Sequence record: SRR31156797_2079
DNA: 43,701 nucleotides
Strand: one strand, 5' to 3'
The notes below the pieces were generated by a model. That model made no database searches, was not told the origin of the DNA, and saw nothing but the letters and a program-made list of their open reading frames with translations. The position numbers and the translations under genes were made by a program. Below are positions 1 through 8,886 of this stretch, in pieces. Position 1 is the stretch's first letter, and every line of letters begins with the position of its first letter.

Positions 1-40
1 CACGAATTGTTTTACAAATTGAAAATTTGTGCAATTCGGG
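1..40. repeat. Imperfect inverted repeat (REP-like palindrome, may be truncated by window edge)
   Basis: CACGAATTG..ACAAATT-GAA-AATTTGT.CAATTCGGG folds back on itself. Confidence 0.55.
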
Positions 41-90
41 ATTCGAAATGACGACGAAGGAGGAGCTCATGAAGCACGAAGTGCTGAATA

Positions 91-108
91 CCCCCTCATC
101 GCCCACCA
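91..108 (+). other. Isolated tRNA 3'-end-like segment (tRNA-Val-like), not a complete tRNA
   Basis: CCCCCTCATCGCCCACCA ends in CCA and resembles the T-stem/acceptor 3' strand of bacterial tRNA-Val; no 5' half or anticodon arm visible; followed by a terminator-like hairpin. Confidence 0.5.
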
Positions 109-112
109 ATCA

Positions 113-142
113 GAAGTCTGGAAATTTATTTCCGGCCTTTTT
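113..142 (+). terminator. Rho-independent terminator-like hairpin
   Basis: AAGTCTGGAAAT-TT-ATTTCCGGCCTT running into a T-tract. Confidence 0.5.
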
Positions 143-161
143 CATTTTACACAAGACAATC

Positions 162-287
162 ATGGCTTACGTTTATATTCTCTATTCCAAATCAAGAGAC
201 CGATTTTACATTGGGCATACTTCAAAATCTGTAGAAATAAGACTTAAAAAACACCAATTAAAAAGCTGCATCAACAATCCGCACTAA
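162..287 (+). pseudogene. Truncated GIY-YIG nuclease (N-terminal ~30 aa only)
   Basis: MAYVYILYSKSRDRFYIGHTSKSVEIRLKKH has the YVYIL..FYIG.T...RL..H signature; the ORF stops after 41 aa inside a terminator, versus ~80-95 aa for typical stand-alone members. Confidence 0.75.
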
Positions 288-309
288 ATTATCGAATCAC
301 TGATGCAGC
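260..309 (-). terminator. Probable terminator of the 330..4088 gene
   Basis: GCTGCATCA (265-273) / TGATGCAGC (301-309) inverted repeat with an adjacent A-run; the loop is long. Confidence 0.45.
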
Positions 310-329
310 CCTACACAAATTAATAAACT

Positions 330-3300
330 CTATTTCTTAATCAATCTAACCGGAATAATTGCGTCTTTTGTGTGTACTTTCAACACATAAATACCAGGAA
401 CCAATTTTTCGGTAGATACCATTACTTCTTTTCCACTCTCTTTACTTTGTTGCAATGTTTGGCCTGAAATGTTCAATAATTCAATGCGAACAATTTCAGA
501 CTTAGCACTAATATTTACAGCATCTCTAGCTGGATTCGGATAAACGCTAAGCTTATAATAATCAACATCCTGAACTCCTACCTCTGTGGTTACAGTTTTC
601 ATCACTTCAACATAATCATAGGCCGAATAAGCTGTCATCACAACTTCATGATCTCCACTTTGCGAATAATTATTAGATACAAGCTCTCCATAAGCCTGAT
701 TTCCATTACCAAATTGCCAGTTCACATAATCAGCATTATTCACAGCAGCAGTAAAATCAACGATACTCTCATTCACAGTATAGGAAAAATCAGCAGTAAC
801 TATCGGAAAATCTTGTTCAATTGTCATCGTTTCCTGCACATCGCCACAAAGGCTTGATGCCATCAATATAACTGTATATGATCCATTTTCAGTGTATTTA
901 TGTGTTGGCGACTGCACTGTAGATGTTCCACCGTCACCAAACTCCCAGTAAAAATCAGTTACATTTTCTGCTTCAGTTTCAAATACAACTTCGCGATCCA
1001 ATTCATAAGGCGTTACGCTAACATTTGGCGACTCCATACTTTCTTTTAATTCTAAATCGTCAATTATTACATAGTATCTGCCACCTGTACTTCCATCCGT
1101 ATGAAATCCTAAATAATAAGCACCCGTTTCATCAACACTTATTAAAGCTGTTGCCTGCATGTAGCTATTACTATTGAAATCCGGATCATCAAAAAGCTCA
1201 ATATTCATAGATGCTATTTCAGGGGAATCTCCCAAATAAACAGTCAGGTTTTCTGTAGAAAAACGAGAGCGATACCAGAAATTAAGCTCATAGCATTTTC
1301 CTGCCTCCAAATAATGACAACCGGAGAATAACCAATCATCATTTGCTGTATTACCATTAGCAGCATCTGTTCTTATGGCGTAATAATTATTACCAGTACG
1401 AGCATTATCCAAATCATCCATTATCACCCATTCATTTGAGCCAGCAACAGATTCTGCAGTCCACCGTTGAATATCATCATTTTCTTCAAAGCTTGTAGAA
1501 TAGTCATCCAAATTAAATCCCTCAAGTATAAGAGTATCATTTGCTGGATTTAAATCATTAGCAGCATCAACCCATAATTTAATATCATGATCTGTTCCTG
1601 GTTCAATTAGCAATCCATTATCAAACACAATCAATAAGGTATCACCTGGATTTATAGTTTCCGAATAGGTTTGTGATAAAGCAGTTGTTCCGTTTAAACT
1701 AACATTTATATCAAAGTTGCTAAGCGATGTAGCTCCAATATTTCTAACCAATACATTTATTGTGTCACTGGATTCAAGCATACAATTATCTGAACTAACA
1801 TTACGAGGTATAAAAAAATCATAAAGCGCCAAGTCTTCACTAAATTCTTGCCATACACTAACATTATCTATATAAAGCCCAAACTGATCAGCAGGACCAT
1901 ATGCCTCCCATGCTAAATAATAAGTACCTGCTTCAGTTACCGAAAATGTTGATGCTGATAACATAAAGTCATTATTGTCAATTGAACCCAAATCAACAAT
2001 TACCTGATCAACATTAGCTGATGTTTGGCCATCACATAAGTTTAACCTTAATTGTTCAGGAAAAGCGCTAGCTCTGTTACTATAATAGAAATTAACATGA
2101 TATGTAACTCCTGGTTCCAATTGGAAACACGGCGAAAAAAGCCAATCATCAGATGCAACAGTTGTACTATTTGAAAAATAACTGTATGAATTGTTTCCTT
2201 CATATGCATATTGTGGATCATTTTGAATGGTCCATTCCTGCTCATCACCGTTTGCATTCTCAGTTGTCCAAGCTGTTAAGTCCTCAACATCTTCAAAGCC
2301 TGCAAAGAATGCTCCCTGCGTACTCAAGTCAAATGAACTCAAAGGAGGATAGTAGATAAGTACATCATTAGCAGGATTTTCATCATCTCCATAAAAAACT
2401 GATATTTCTATTTCATTCTCAGTAGTTGTTGTAAGATCTAATGTCGAAGTAAAAATATACTGCATTGTTTCTCCTGGATCGAGCAAATTAGTCACGGTTT
2501 CTTGCACCGCTACTCCATCATTCAGGACATATGAAACATCAAATTCATCAACAGGTTGACTACCTTCGTTTTTAATCTCAATTGTTAGTGTTTCATTATC
2601 GGTAAAACCACATGAAGCAGCTGGAGTAAGCACATTTGTAACAGCAAGGTCATTTTCCCACATTTCAGCAACTGTTAAATCATCGATAAAAAAGTAATAG
2701 GCCTCATCATCCAGGGTTTGACCAGTTGTGGCATAAATGGCAATCCTCACATCCTGGCCAGCATAATCAGCCAGGCTAAATGCAAATGATTGATATAAAG
2801 TATCCATTGTATAGCTTTCATCAATTGCACCAACTTCAGACCATGAAGTTCCGCAATCTTCAGAAATCATCACAGCTAATTTATCATCACTACCCATTCC
2901 AGTGCTAAAATCTTCTAAATAAATGGCACCATTAAATTTCACGAAAGTATTAGCTGTTGGTGTTACTCTGGGCCCTACTAACCAATCGTTAGTACCTACA
3001 TTTACAAAATAAACACTTGCTCCACGGGATTGCGGATGATCATCGCCTTGCCAATCTGTATTTTTAATAACCAATGGAACACCTTCTCCTCTAGCCTCAA
3101 ACCAACCAGGATAAACCTCAGACAAATTATCGTAATAGAATTCTGAGAATGTCATAACCGGAAGAGGTAAGTTTTCAGGAGGTCTGTTTTCAATCAATAT
3201 TGTGTCAGAATTATTATTTAGAGTAAAACTATCGGAAGGTAATTCAGTTTCAACTGAGACTTCATACATTCCGATGGCAGACATATCCAAATTACCAACC

Positions 3301-4088
3301 TCAAAAATACCAGACTCCCCCGGAGCTAAGGTATCTTCTATGAAAGCAAATAAATTCTGATTGGATGCACCTCTAATTTTAAAGCGAAGTGGAATTCCAG
3401 CAAGGTTTTCATATCCATCATTACGAATTTCAACAACAGCTGGCGTTTCATCGGTCAAACATGAATAAAGGGAAGGATTAATAACACTAATGACTTGCGC
3501 ATCAACTGGTATGGCATCTTTAATCATTACATCATCAAAATGAAAAGCGCAATAACCGGTTGGCTGGTTTCCGTCTGTAGCATAAAATGCCAAATTGATT
3601 TCAAGTCCATTCCATTCACTCAAGTCGACCTCATACAACTGCATATAATTTGTCATTTCTGAAAACATATTGAAAGCATATACAGTATGATAGTCGCCAC
3701 CAGCCGGTTTGACCATAATAGCGACACTATCGTCATTTCCAAAGTAACCATTGGCAGGATCATCATATAATATCGTCAATGCAGCATTAAATGTCAATTT
3801 TGTATGTTCAGTAGCAATGAAAGTGGGTGTAATGATCCAATCACGATGATCATTTCCGTTCAAAAAGCTAACTGCAACTGCTTTATCAAACAATTCAGCA
3901 GAAGAATACCAGGCTGAACTTCCTATTTCAGGGGTGTTTTCACCATCACCTTCATACCAACCAGGATAGTTTTCATTTAGATCAGTACCGTTAAACAAAG
4001 TAAAATCATTAAAAATTGGTAGTTCTTCTTGAGCATTTACAAAAAGCACTCCTAATACAAGTGAAAATGTAAGTACAATTGTTTTCAT
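330..4088 (-). CDS. T9SS type A sorting domain protein with cleaved-adhesin/choice-of-anchor J-like, CARDB-like and two PKD domains (putative adhesin)
   Basis: Signal peptide; repeated DW(L/I)xxP..F..DD beta-sandwich modules; PKD motifs WEFGDG and WQFGNG; C-terminal VYPNPA..GIYVLKV..RLIKK. Confidence 0.85.
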   Translation of the reverse strand: MKTIVLTFSLVLGVLFVNAQEELPIFNDFTLFNGTDLNENYPGWYEGDGENTPEIGSSAWYSSAELFDKAVAVSFLNGNDHRDWIITPTFIATEHTKLTFNAALTILYDDPANGYFGNDDSVAIMVKPAGGDYHTVYAFNMFSEMTNYMQLYEVDLSEWNGLEINLAFYATDGNQPTGYCAFHFDDVMIKDAIPVDAQVISVINPSLYSCLTDETPAVVEIRNDGYENLAGIPLRFKIRGASNQNLFAFIEDTLAPGESGIFEVGNLDMSAIGMYEVSVETELPSDSFTLNNNSDTILIENRPPENLPLPVMTFSEFYYDNLSEVYPGWFEARGEGVPLVIKNTDWQGDDHPQSRGASVYFVNVGTNDWLVGPRVTPTANTFVKFNGAIYLEDFSTGMGSDDKLAVMISEDCGTSWSEVGAIDESYTMDTLYQSFAFSLADYAGQDVRIAIYATTGQTLDDEAYYFFIDDLTVAEMWENDLAVTNVLTPAASCGFTDNETLTIEIKNEGSQPVDEFDVSYVLNDGVAVQETVTNLLDPGETMQYIFTSTLDLTTTTENEIEISVFYGDDENPANDVLIYYPPLSSFDLSTQGAFFAGFEDVEDLTAWTTENANGDEQEWTIQNDPQYAYEGNNSYSYFSNSTTVASDDWLFSPCFQLEPGVTYHVNFYYSNRASAFPEQLRLNLCDGQTSANVDQVIVDLGSIDNNDFMLSASTFSVTEAGTYYLAWEAYGPADQFGLYIDNVSVWQEFSEDLALYDFFIPRNVSSDNCMLESSDTINVLVRNIGATSLSNFDINVSLNGTTALSQTYSETINPGDTLLIVFDNGLLIEPGTDHDIKLWVDAANDLNPANDTLILEGFNLDDYSTSFEENDDIQRWTAESVAGSNEWVIMDDLDNARTGNNYYAIRTDAANGNTANDDWLFSGCHYLEAGKCYELNFWYRSRFSTENLTVYLGDSPEIASMNIELFDDPDFNSNSYMQATALISVDETGAYYLGFHTDGSTGGRYYVIIDDLELKESMESPNVSVTPYELDREVVFETEAENVTDFYWEFGDGGTSTVQSPTHKYTENGSYTVILMASSLCGDVQETMTIEQDFPIVTADFSYTVNESIVDFTAAVNNADYVNWQFGNGNQAYGELVSNNYSQSGDHEVVMTAYSAYDYVEVMKTVTTEVGVQDVDYYKLSVYPNPARDAVNISAKSEIVRIELLNISGQTLQQSKESGKEVMVSTEKLVPGIYVLKVHTKDAIIPVRLIKK

Positions 4089-4129
4089 AGATTATTATTT
4101 TTTGCTGAAAATTACTGAAAACTTGTTAC

Positions 4130-4160
4130 AAAAAAAAGTGCCCTGGCACGGGCACTTTTT
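4130..4160 (-). terminator. Rho-independent terminator
   Basis: AAAAAAAAGTGCCC-TGGCAC-GGGCACTTTTT. Confidence 0.75.
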
Positions 4161-4210
4161 AAAGTGAAAAATTTCATGTTCTTTATAATCAATCTGATAT
4201 TTAATTCAGA

Positions 4211-5083
4211 TTAAAAGTGGAACATCATGTATAGTGAGGCAGTAGGATTATTCAATCCGTAATTAAATCCGACATCTCCAGGAGAATCTAAAGTTGTAAC
4301 TTCTTCAGCTGAATTTCCATTCCATACTTCAGTCACAGTATTAGATTGAGACCATTTTGTATAATTTAATCCCCAACCAACTTCACTACCTATTGCAATA
4401 TTGGGCATAATGAAATACTCAACACCTAAATAAGCAGCTACACCAAATCCAAAATAACTGGCATTATTATCCTGAAGAATACGTCCATCAGCATTTATAT
4501 TACCACCAAAGTTAGTTGTTCCTGGAAAAGGGTTAAGGTCTGAATAATTGTTTCCATATGTATATTCAGTTTTATTGGTACCGAACATTATATTTGCTTC
4601 AGCAGCAAAAATTCCGCGTAAACGACCTTTACCGCGTCTTTTTTCGATACCTGCACCTAACATATAGTCATGATCTTTAGTGTGACGAATATCTATAACC
4701 TGATCATTCGTATTTGGATCATTATAAAATGCTGCATCGTCAAGGATATATCTTTTATCCTGATAAATATTACTCATAATCATAAAGCGTCCACGCACTG
4801 CTAAATCACTTTGAAGGAAATATTTTCCAAAAAGTGTATTTGCATTGGATAGAAAACGCCCGTTGTAACTATTATTTGCAGTTTGATTGGCAATATTTCC
4901 AAAATAATTTAGAAAAGGTACCATATCAATACCAACAGCTATATCTCCAGCAGTTGGAAGAATTGCAACACCTTTTTTGTTGACAACTTTCTCTCCTGAA
5001 GATGCTGAGCTTACTGGAGCATCTTGTGCCATTAATGGTAACAAGAAAAATACACCAGCTATTATTGCTATTAATTTCTTCAT
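4211..5083 (-). CDS. Outer-membrane beta-barrel protein
   Basis: Signal peptide; alternating amphipathic strands (GVEYFIMPNIAIGSEVGWG); C-terminal Phe (LYMMFHF). Confidence 0.75.
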   Translation of the reverse strand: MKKLIAIIAGVFFLLPLMAQDAPVSSASSGEKVVNKKGVAILPTAGDIAVGIDMVPFLNYFGNIANQTANNSYNGRFLSNANTLFGKYFLQSDLAVRGRFMIMSNIYQDKRYILDDAAFYNDPNTNDQVIDIRHTKDHDYMLGAGIEKRRGKGRLRGIFAAEANIMFGTNKTEYTYGNNYSDLNPFPGTTNFGGNINADGRILQDNNASYFGFGVAAYLGVEYFIMPNIAIGSEVGWGLNYTKWSQSNTVTEVWNGNSAEEVTTLDSPGDVGFNYGLNNPTASLYMMFHF

Positions 5084-5103
5084 ATTGTATTTCTTTTTGT
5101 CAA

Positions 5104-5607
5104 TTAAAATGATGTATCAAAATATTGTACTTTCTCGAATTGAGTTTCGCCAGCATAAAGCATCAGGTTAATGGAGCTTGCAGAATATTTTTTTGTTTCA
5201 GTTCCATCATTCACATATGCACCTTCATCATTATCCCAAACAAATTGAACTTGCTCATAAACAAAGTCATCAAAAGAAATGGTCACGTTGGTACCATCCT
5301 CAGTTACAGGAATGTCATACATAAATTTACCTTCTGCATCAAGTTCAGTTTCCCATACAGAAACACCTGAAGCACCATTATTATATTCAGAATTATTCAC
5401 TCTGATAAATACTTTTGTGCCAGCAGGAGCTGACTCATAAGCAATCTCTGTAGTATCCTCAACAAGCTGAGCTTCCGCATAGCAAGTTAATGAAGCCGTT
5501 AAATCTTTATTAAGGGTAACTGTAGTTGCATCTTCTTCGGTACAACTAACCATTGCAAGGGTAATTACAATTACACTCATTAAAAAAGCATAAAATGTTT
5601 TTTTCAT
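5104..5607 (-). CDS. Hypothetical lipoprotein, probably surface-exposed
   Basis: Lipobox MVSC followed by acidic TEED, as in Bacteroidota lipoprotein export signals; beta-rich; 20 bp from the beta-barrel gene. Confidence 0.7.
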   Translation of the reverse strand: MKKTFYAFLMSVIVITLAMVSCTEEDATTVTLNKDLTASLTCYAEAQLVEDTTEIAYESAPAGTKVFIRVNNSEYNNGASGVSVWETELDAEGKFMYDIPVTEDGTNVTISFDDFVYEQVQFVWDNDEGAYVNDGTETKKYSASSINLMLYAGETQFEKVQYFDTSF

Positions 5608-5637
5608 ATCTCAAATAAGTTTGATTAATAATGGGAT

Positions 5638-5676
5638 CAAAATTATATGTTTTTAATTATTCCCGCAAACGTTTGC
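5638..5676 (-). promoter_or_regulatory. Bacteroidota housekeeping promoter (-7/-33) overlapped by a LacI-type palindrome
   Basis: Minus-strand TAATTTTG (5638-5645); TTTG 20 nt upstream (5666-5669) lies inside the perfect palindrome GCAAACGTTTGC (5665-5676). Confidence 0.6.
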
Positions 5677-5885
5677 AACTATTAACATATCAGAAACATT
5701 TTTTTAACAACCTTTGACAGCACTAACTTTCTGAACATGAATCCAAAAATCTAAAATAAAACGTTAAGCTAGTTTAACAAATTAACAATTAAGCTGAATG
5801 CAATTGATTTGTTAAAAAAAATTCGATATACTCAAATTTTTTAATTAATTTAACGCTTCAAATTACTAACTAAAAAGTATACAAC

Positions 5886-6215
5886 ATGAAAAAACTAGTT
5901 CTATTATTAGCAGCCATTGCAGCATTTTTTGCTTTTAGTTGTGGCGGAGGAGTTGAAGTATCGCCAGAGATGCAAGGATTTATGGATGAAATCAATGCAA
6001 CCAACTCAATGATTGACGCAGCTGAAAAGTATGGATACAACGCTGACGAAATGCCTCTTGATCTTTATGAATTAAAAGAACCTTCAGTTACTAAAGTTGA
6101 AGTTGATGGTGACAAAACAATGTATTACACAAACATTAAACATGGTCTAATTGACAGTGATGTTATCATTGTTTGGAAAGATAAAGTGATCGTCGACATT
6201 AAAGATGTCGAATAA
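5886..6215 (+). CDS. Small hypothetical lipoprotein
   Basis: Lipoprotein signal peptide ending AFSC-GGG; own terminator. Confidence 0.7.
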   Translation: MKKLVLLLAAIAAFFAFSCGGGVEVSPEMQGFMDEINATNSMIDAAEKYGYNADEMPLDLYELKEPSVTKVEVDGDKTMYYTNIKHGLIDSDVIIVWKDKVIVDIKDVE

Positions 6216-6226
6216 TAAAAAAGATC

Positions 6227-6254
6227 AAAGCTCTCCAAATGGGGAGCTTTTTTT
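6227..6254. terminator. Bidirectional terminator between convergent genes
   Basis: AAAGCTCTCC-AAAT-GGGGAGCTTT followed by a T-run. Confidence 0.75.
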
Positions 6255-7350
6255 ATAGTCTTAGTCCTATATTTACCATCATTAGCTCAGCCACATGCCG
6301 ATGAGCTTTTAAACCCGCCCCAAAAAAGACTCTTTCTCCTAAATCATAGGTAATTTGAAAACGTTGGTAAACAGGATCCATTGCTTTGTATGGACTATAC
6401 ACATAAACTCCCAACAATGTTACAAATGAGAGTCGACCAAACTTTGCCGTATGACCACCCATAATTGCCAACCGATTATTATCCTTTTTAATATTCTGCC
6501 TTTCAAGCTGTTCTTTCAAATACCCATCTGAAATGTATTCAAGGCCACCTTCAATAATACTAAACCTGGGTATAAAATACCCGGCGGTTGCCATAACTCC
6601 AATTACAGAAGTATTTTTGCGTTCAAAATCATTCTCCTTTTGTGCAACTTTTAATGTGTAAGCTCCCGAAATCCTATAAATCCATCTATCTGTTAATTGT
6701 TGTTCATTTCTTCTCACTTCATATTGAGGAAATTTAGGTGGTGAAAGAAAATAATTAACTCCAAAATTTGCTGTTACAAAATTCATCCCTTTATTGGGCT
6801 GTTTTAAACCACCATTGGAGATATGATTATAGCTTAAACCTGAGCTAACTTGTATTTGTTTAGTTACATCATACCGCAATGACAAATGCAACTGAAGAAA
6901 ACCTGAAATGTGCGAACTAAAAAAGTTATTTTCAGGATTATTTTGCTCATCATACACTTTACTAACATATGATATTCCAGCCGCCCCTCTTGGTATAAAA
7001 TGAAATTTGCCCTTAGGATTAATATAAGGAGCTACTGATATAAATGGATTCAAACTGTAGCCCAGCATATGAGGATCTCCAAAATTATAATATGCTAATC
7101 CAGCTCCTACCTCAGGAAAGCAAAAGCATTGATCCCATTTATCCTTTGAAATTGGAATTCTATTTAAACTTATTGTGAAACCATTGATGCGGCTTGAGCC
7201 AATAGATGGTAATTCATCACTGTGTTTTAAAATACCACCATAATTATATTCCATTCCTACATTTTTAAAAAAAGCTTTTTGGGCAATTACTTGATTGCTT
7301 AATAGAGGAACAAAAAATATCGAGAATAATATGATGGTTAGCTTTTTCAA
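6253..7350 (-). CDS. Acyloxyacyl hydrolase (PagL-like lipid A deacylase family) outer-membrane protein
   Basis: Signal peptide; catalytic-type HISNG motif followed by PNKGMN; beta-barrel pattern; TTG start. Confidence 0.75.
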   Translation of the reverse strand: MKKLTIILFSIFFVPLLSNQVIAQKAFFKNVGMEYNYGGILKHSDELPSIGSSRINGFTISLNRIPISKDKWDQCFCFPEVGAGLAYYNFGDPHMLGYSLNPFISVAPYINPKGKFHFIPRGAAGISYVSKVYDEQNNPENNFFSSHISGFLQLHLSLRYDVTKQIQVSSGLSYNHISNGGLKQPNKGMNFVTANFGVNYFLSPPKFPQYEVRRNEQQLTDRWIYRISGAYTLKVAQKENDFERKNTSVIGVMATAGYFIPRFSIIEGGLEYISDGYLKEQLERQNIKKDNNRLAIMGGHTAKFGRLSFVTLLGVYVYSPYKAMDPVYQRFQITYDLGERVFFGAGLKAHRHVAELMMVNIGLRL

Positions 7351-7387
7351 TTTTTCTTTTTAGACACAAAAAAGCAGTATTATGTTT

Positions 7388-7420
7388 AAAAAAAGCCCTG
7401 AAAGATAACTCTTTCAGGGC
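7388..7420 (-). terminator. Rho-independent terminator
   Basis: A7-GCCCTGAAAGA-TAAC-TCTTTCAGGGC. Confidence 0.75.
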
Positions 7421-7439
7421 CTAATTGAAGTTTTTCAAT

Positions 7440-8717
7440 TTATTCTTTTATAAATTTTGAAACAGTTTCTGCACCTGATTCATTAATTATTTTCACAAAA
7501 TAAATTCCTGTATTTAAACCACTTACATCAACCTGGTAATTTCCTTGAGTCTTATTATTGAACAATAGTTTACCTGAAATATCCAGAATTTGAATTTGAG
7601 CTGTTCCAGTAGATTCAACATTTATTTTATTGCTTGCAGGATTAGGATAAACTTTTGCTACAGCATAACTGTTTGGGTCATCATTTATACCTACAAAAGT
7701 TGAATAATAAAAATTCATCATTCCCATATCTACCCAGTCTTTAGTAACCATTGGTTCATATAAAAAGACAGTATCAACTTTGTGAGCAAAAAACATATCA
7801 GGACTTCCTTCTTCAATAGCTTCATAAGCGAATGGTAATACTAAATCTTCATAATTTACTGTATTATCATACACTCCATCCATTTTGGAAGATTCAACCC
7901 ATTCAGATAAGTCTGTATCCCATTCGTAATCAATTTCCTCATCCAAGTTACCATTTGGTTGCCAGCTGTAAGTATATTTATATTCATTGACCAATTCTTT
8001 GATATCAGTCATACTGGACTGTTCAATTAATTCTGTCAATTTATCACCATCCCAGGTATAAGTGCTATACATATCAGCATACCAACTACTACCATCCCAT
8101 TCATAATAGTAATATTCTGAAAGTTGACCTCCTACATATTCATATACATCCTTATAGGCATTCTCATAATCAGTTCCATTCCATACGGTTGCTACCACTG
8201 AATCTATCAAATCGTCAGCATTATAATAATACATTGAGATATAATCGTGATCCCATTCCTCGTCTATTTCGTCCCACCAATAATAATCTTCCTGCACAAT
8301 TAAATCATCAGAATAAGTATAATATGTACTATCAGATACCATCCAGTCTGCTTTGGCATCCATCCATTGATACTCAATTTCGGCTATCACATTATAACCC
8401 GTAATATCATAACGGTAAACCGTTTTATAATCATAAACCATTGTATCAAATTCAAAATCGTAATACAAATCAACAACTTCACTAAGACTACCCTGACCGT
8501 TATAACTAAAGTGTGAAATTGAATAAGTCTGCATTTCTTTACCAAAGTCAATGTTCATTTTCATACTATCAAGCTTCATCATTCCATCTCTTTTATTGAG
8601 TTGCTGATGTTTCGCATTAAATTTTTGTTTGAACTTGATAAAGTTTTCCGGAATCTTTTGGGCAGATATTGAAAGACCCACCATTAACAATACTAGTAAA
8701 AATAAATTTCTTTTCAT
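7440..8717 (-). CDS. T9SS type A sorting domain protein with Tyr/Trp/Asp-rich ~30-aa repeats (DUF3836-like)
   Basis: Signal peptide; repeated Y-x-W-D-x3-5-W..Y-x-Y units; C-terminal VYPNPAS..GIYFVKI..KFIKE. Confidence 0.8.
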   Translation of the reverse strand: MKRNLFLLVLLMVGLSISAQKIPENFIKFKQKFNAKHQQLNKRDGMMKLDSMKMNIDFGKEMQTYSISHFSYNGQGSLSEVVDLYYDFEFDTMVYDYKTVYRYDITGYNVIAEIEYQWMDAKADWMVSDSTYYTYSDDLIVQEDYYWWDEIDEEWDHDYISMYYYNADDLIDSVVATVWNGTDYENAYKDVYEYVGGQLSEYYYYEWDGSSWYADMYSTYTWDGDKLTELIEQSSMTDIKELVNEYKYTYSWQPNGNLDEEIDYEWDTDLSEWVESSKMDGVYDNTVNYEDLVLPFAYEAIEEGSPDMFFAHKVDTVFLYEPMVTKDWVDMGMMNFYYSTFVGINDDPNSYAVAKVYPNPASNKINVESTGTAQIQILDISGKLLFNNKTQGNYQVDVSGLNTGIYFVKIINESGAETVSKFIKE

Positions 8718-8743
8718 AACTATTTGATTTTGAGTTTACATAG

Positions 8744-8800
8744 CAAACTTAAGAAAATCTATTTAGACTTTCCGTTAAAACACCGTTAATGCCCCGTTAA
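8744..8800 (-). promoter_or_regulatory. Promoter -7 element plus three CCGTTAA direct repeats at 11-bp spacing
   Basis: TAAGTTTG on the minus strand at 8744-8751; CCGTTAA at 8772, 8783 and 8794. Confidence 0.55.
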
Positions 8801-8886
8801 AATTTACTTATTTGAGGGTTTCCCCCTATTTATTTATGAACTAATAATGAGTTTCTTGTGCAAAATTTCAAAACCATAAAATAATT

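Noticed and set aside
38..108. Intact tRNA gene
   Set aside because: No 5' acceptor strand, D-arm or anticodon arm; only the 3' end is tRNA-like
27..287. 86-aa and 72-aa ORFs at the window start
   Set aside because: Their N-terminal parts run through repeat, tRNA-remnant and terminator sequence; only 162-287 has a recognisable GIY-YIG signal
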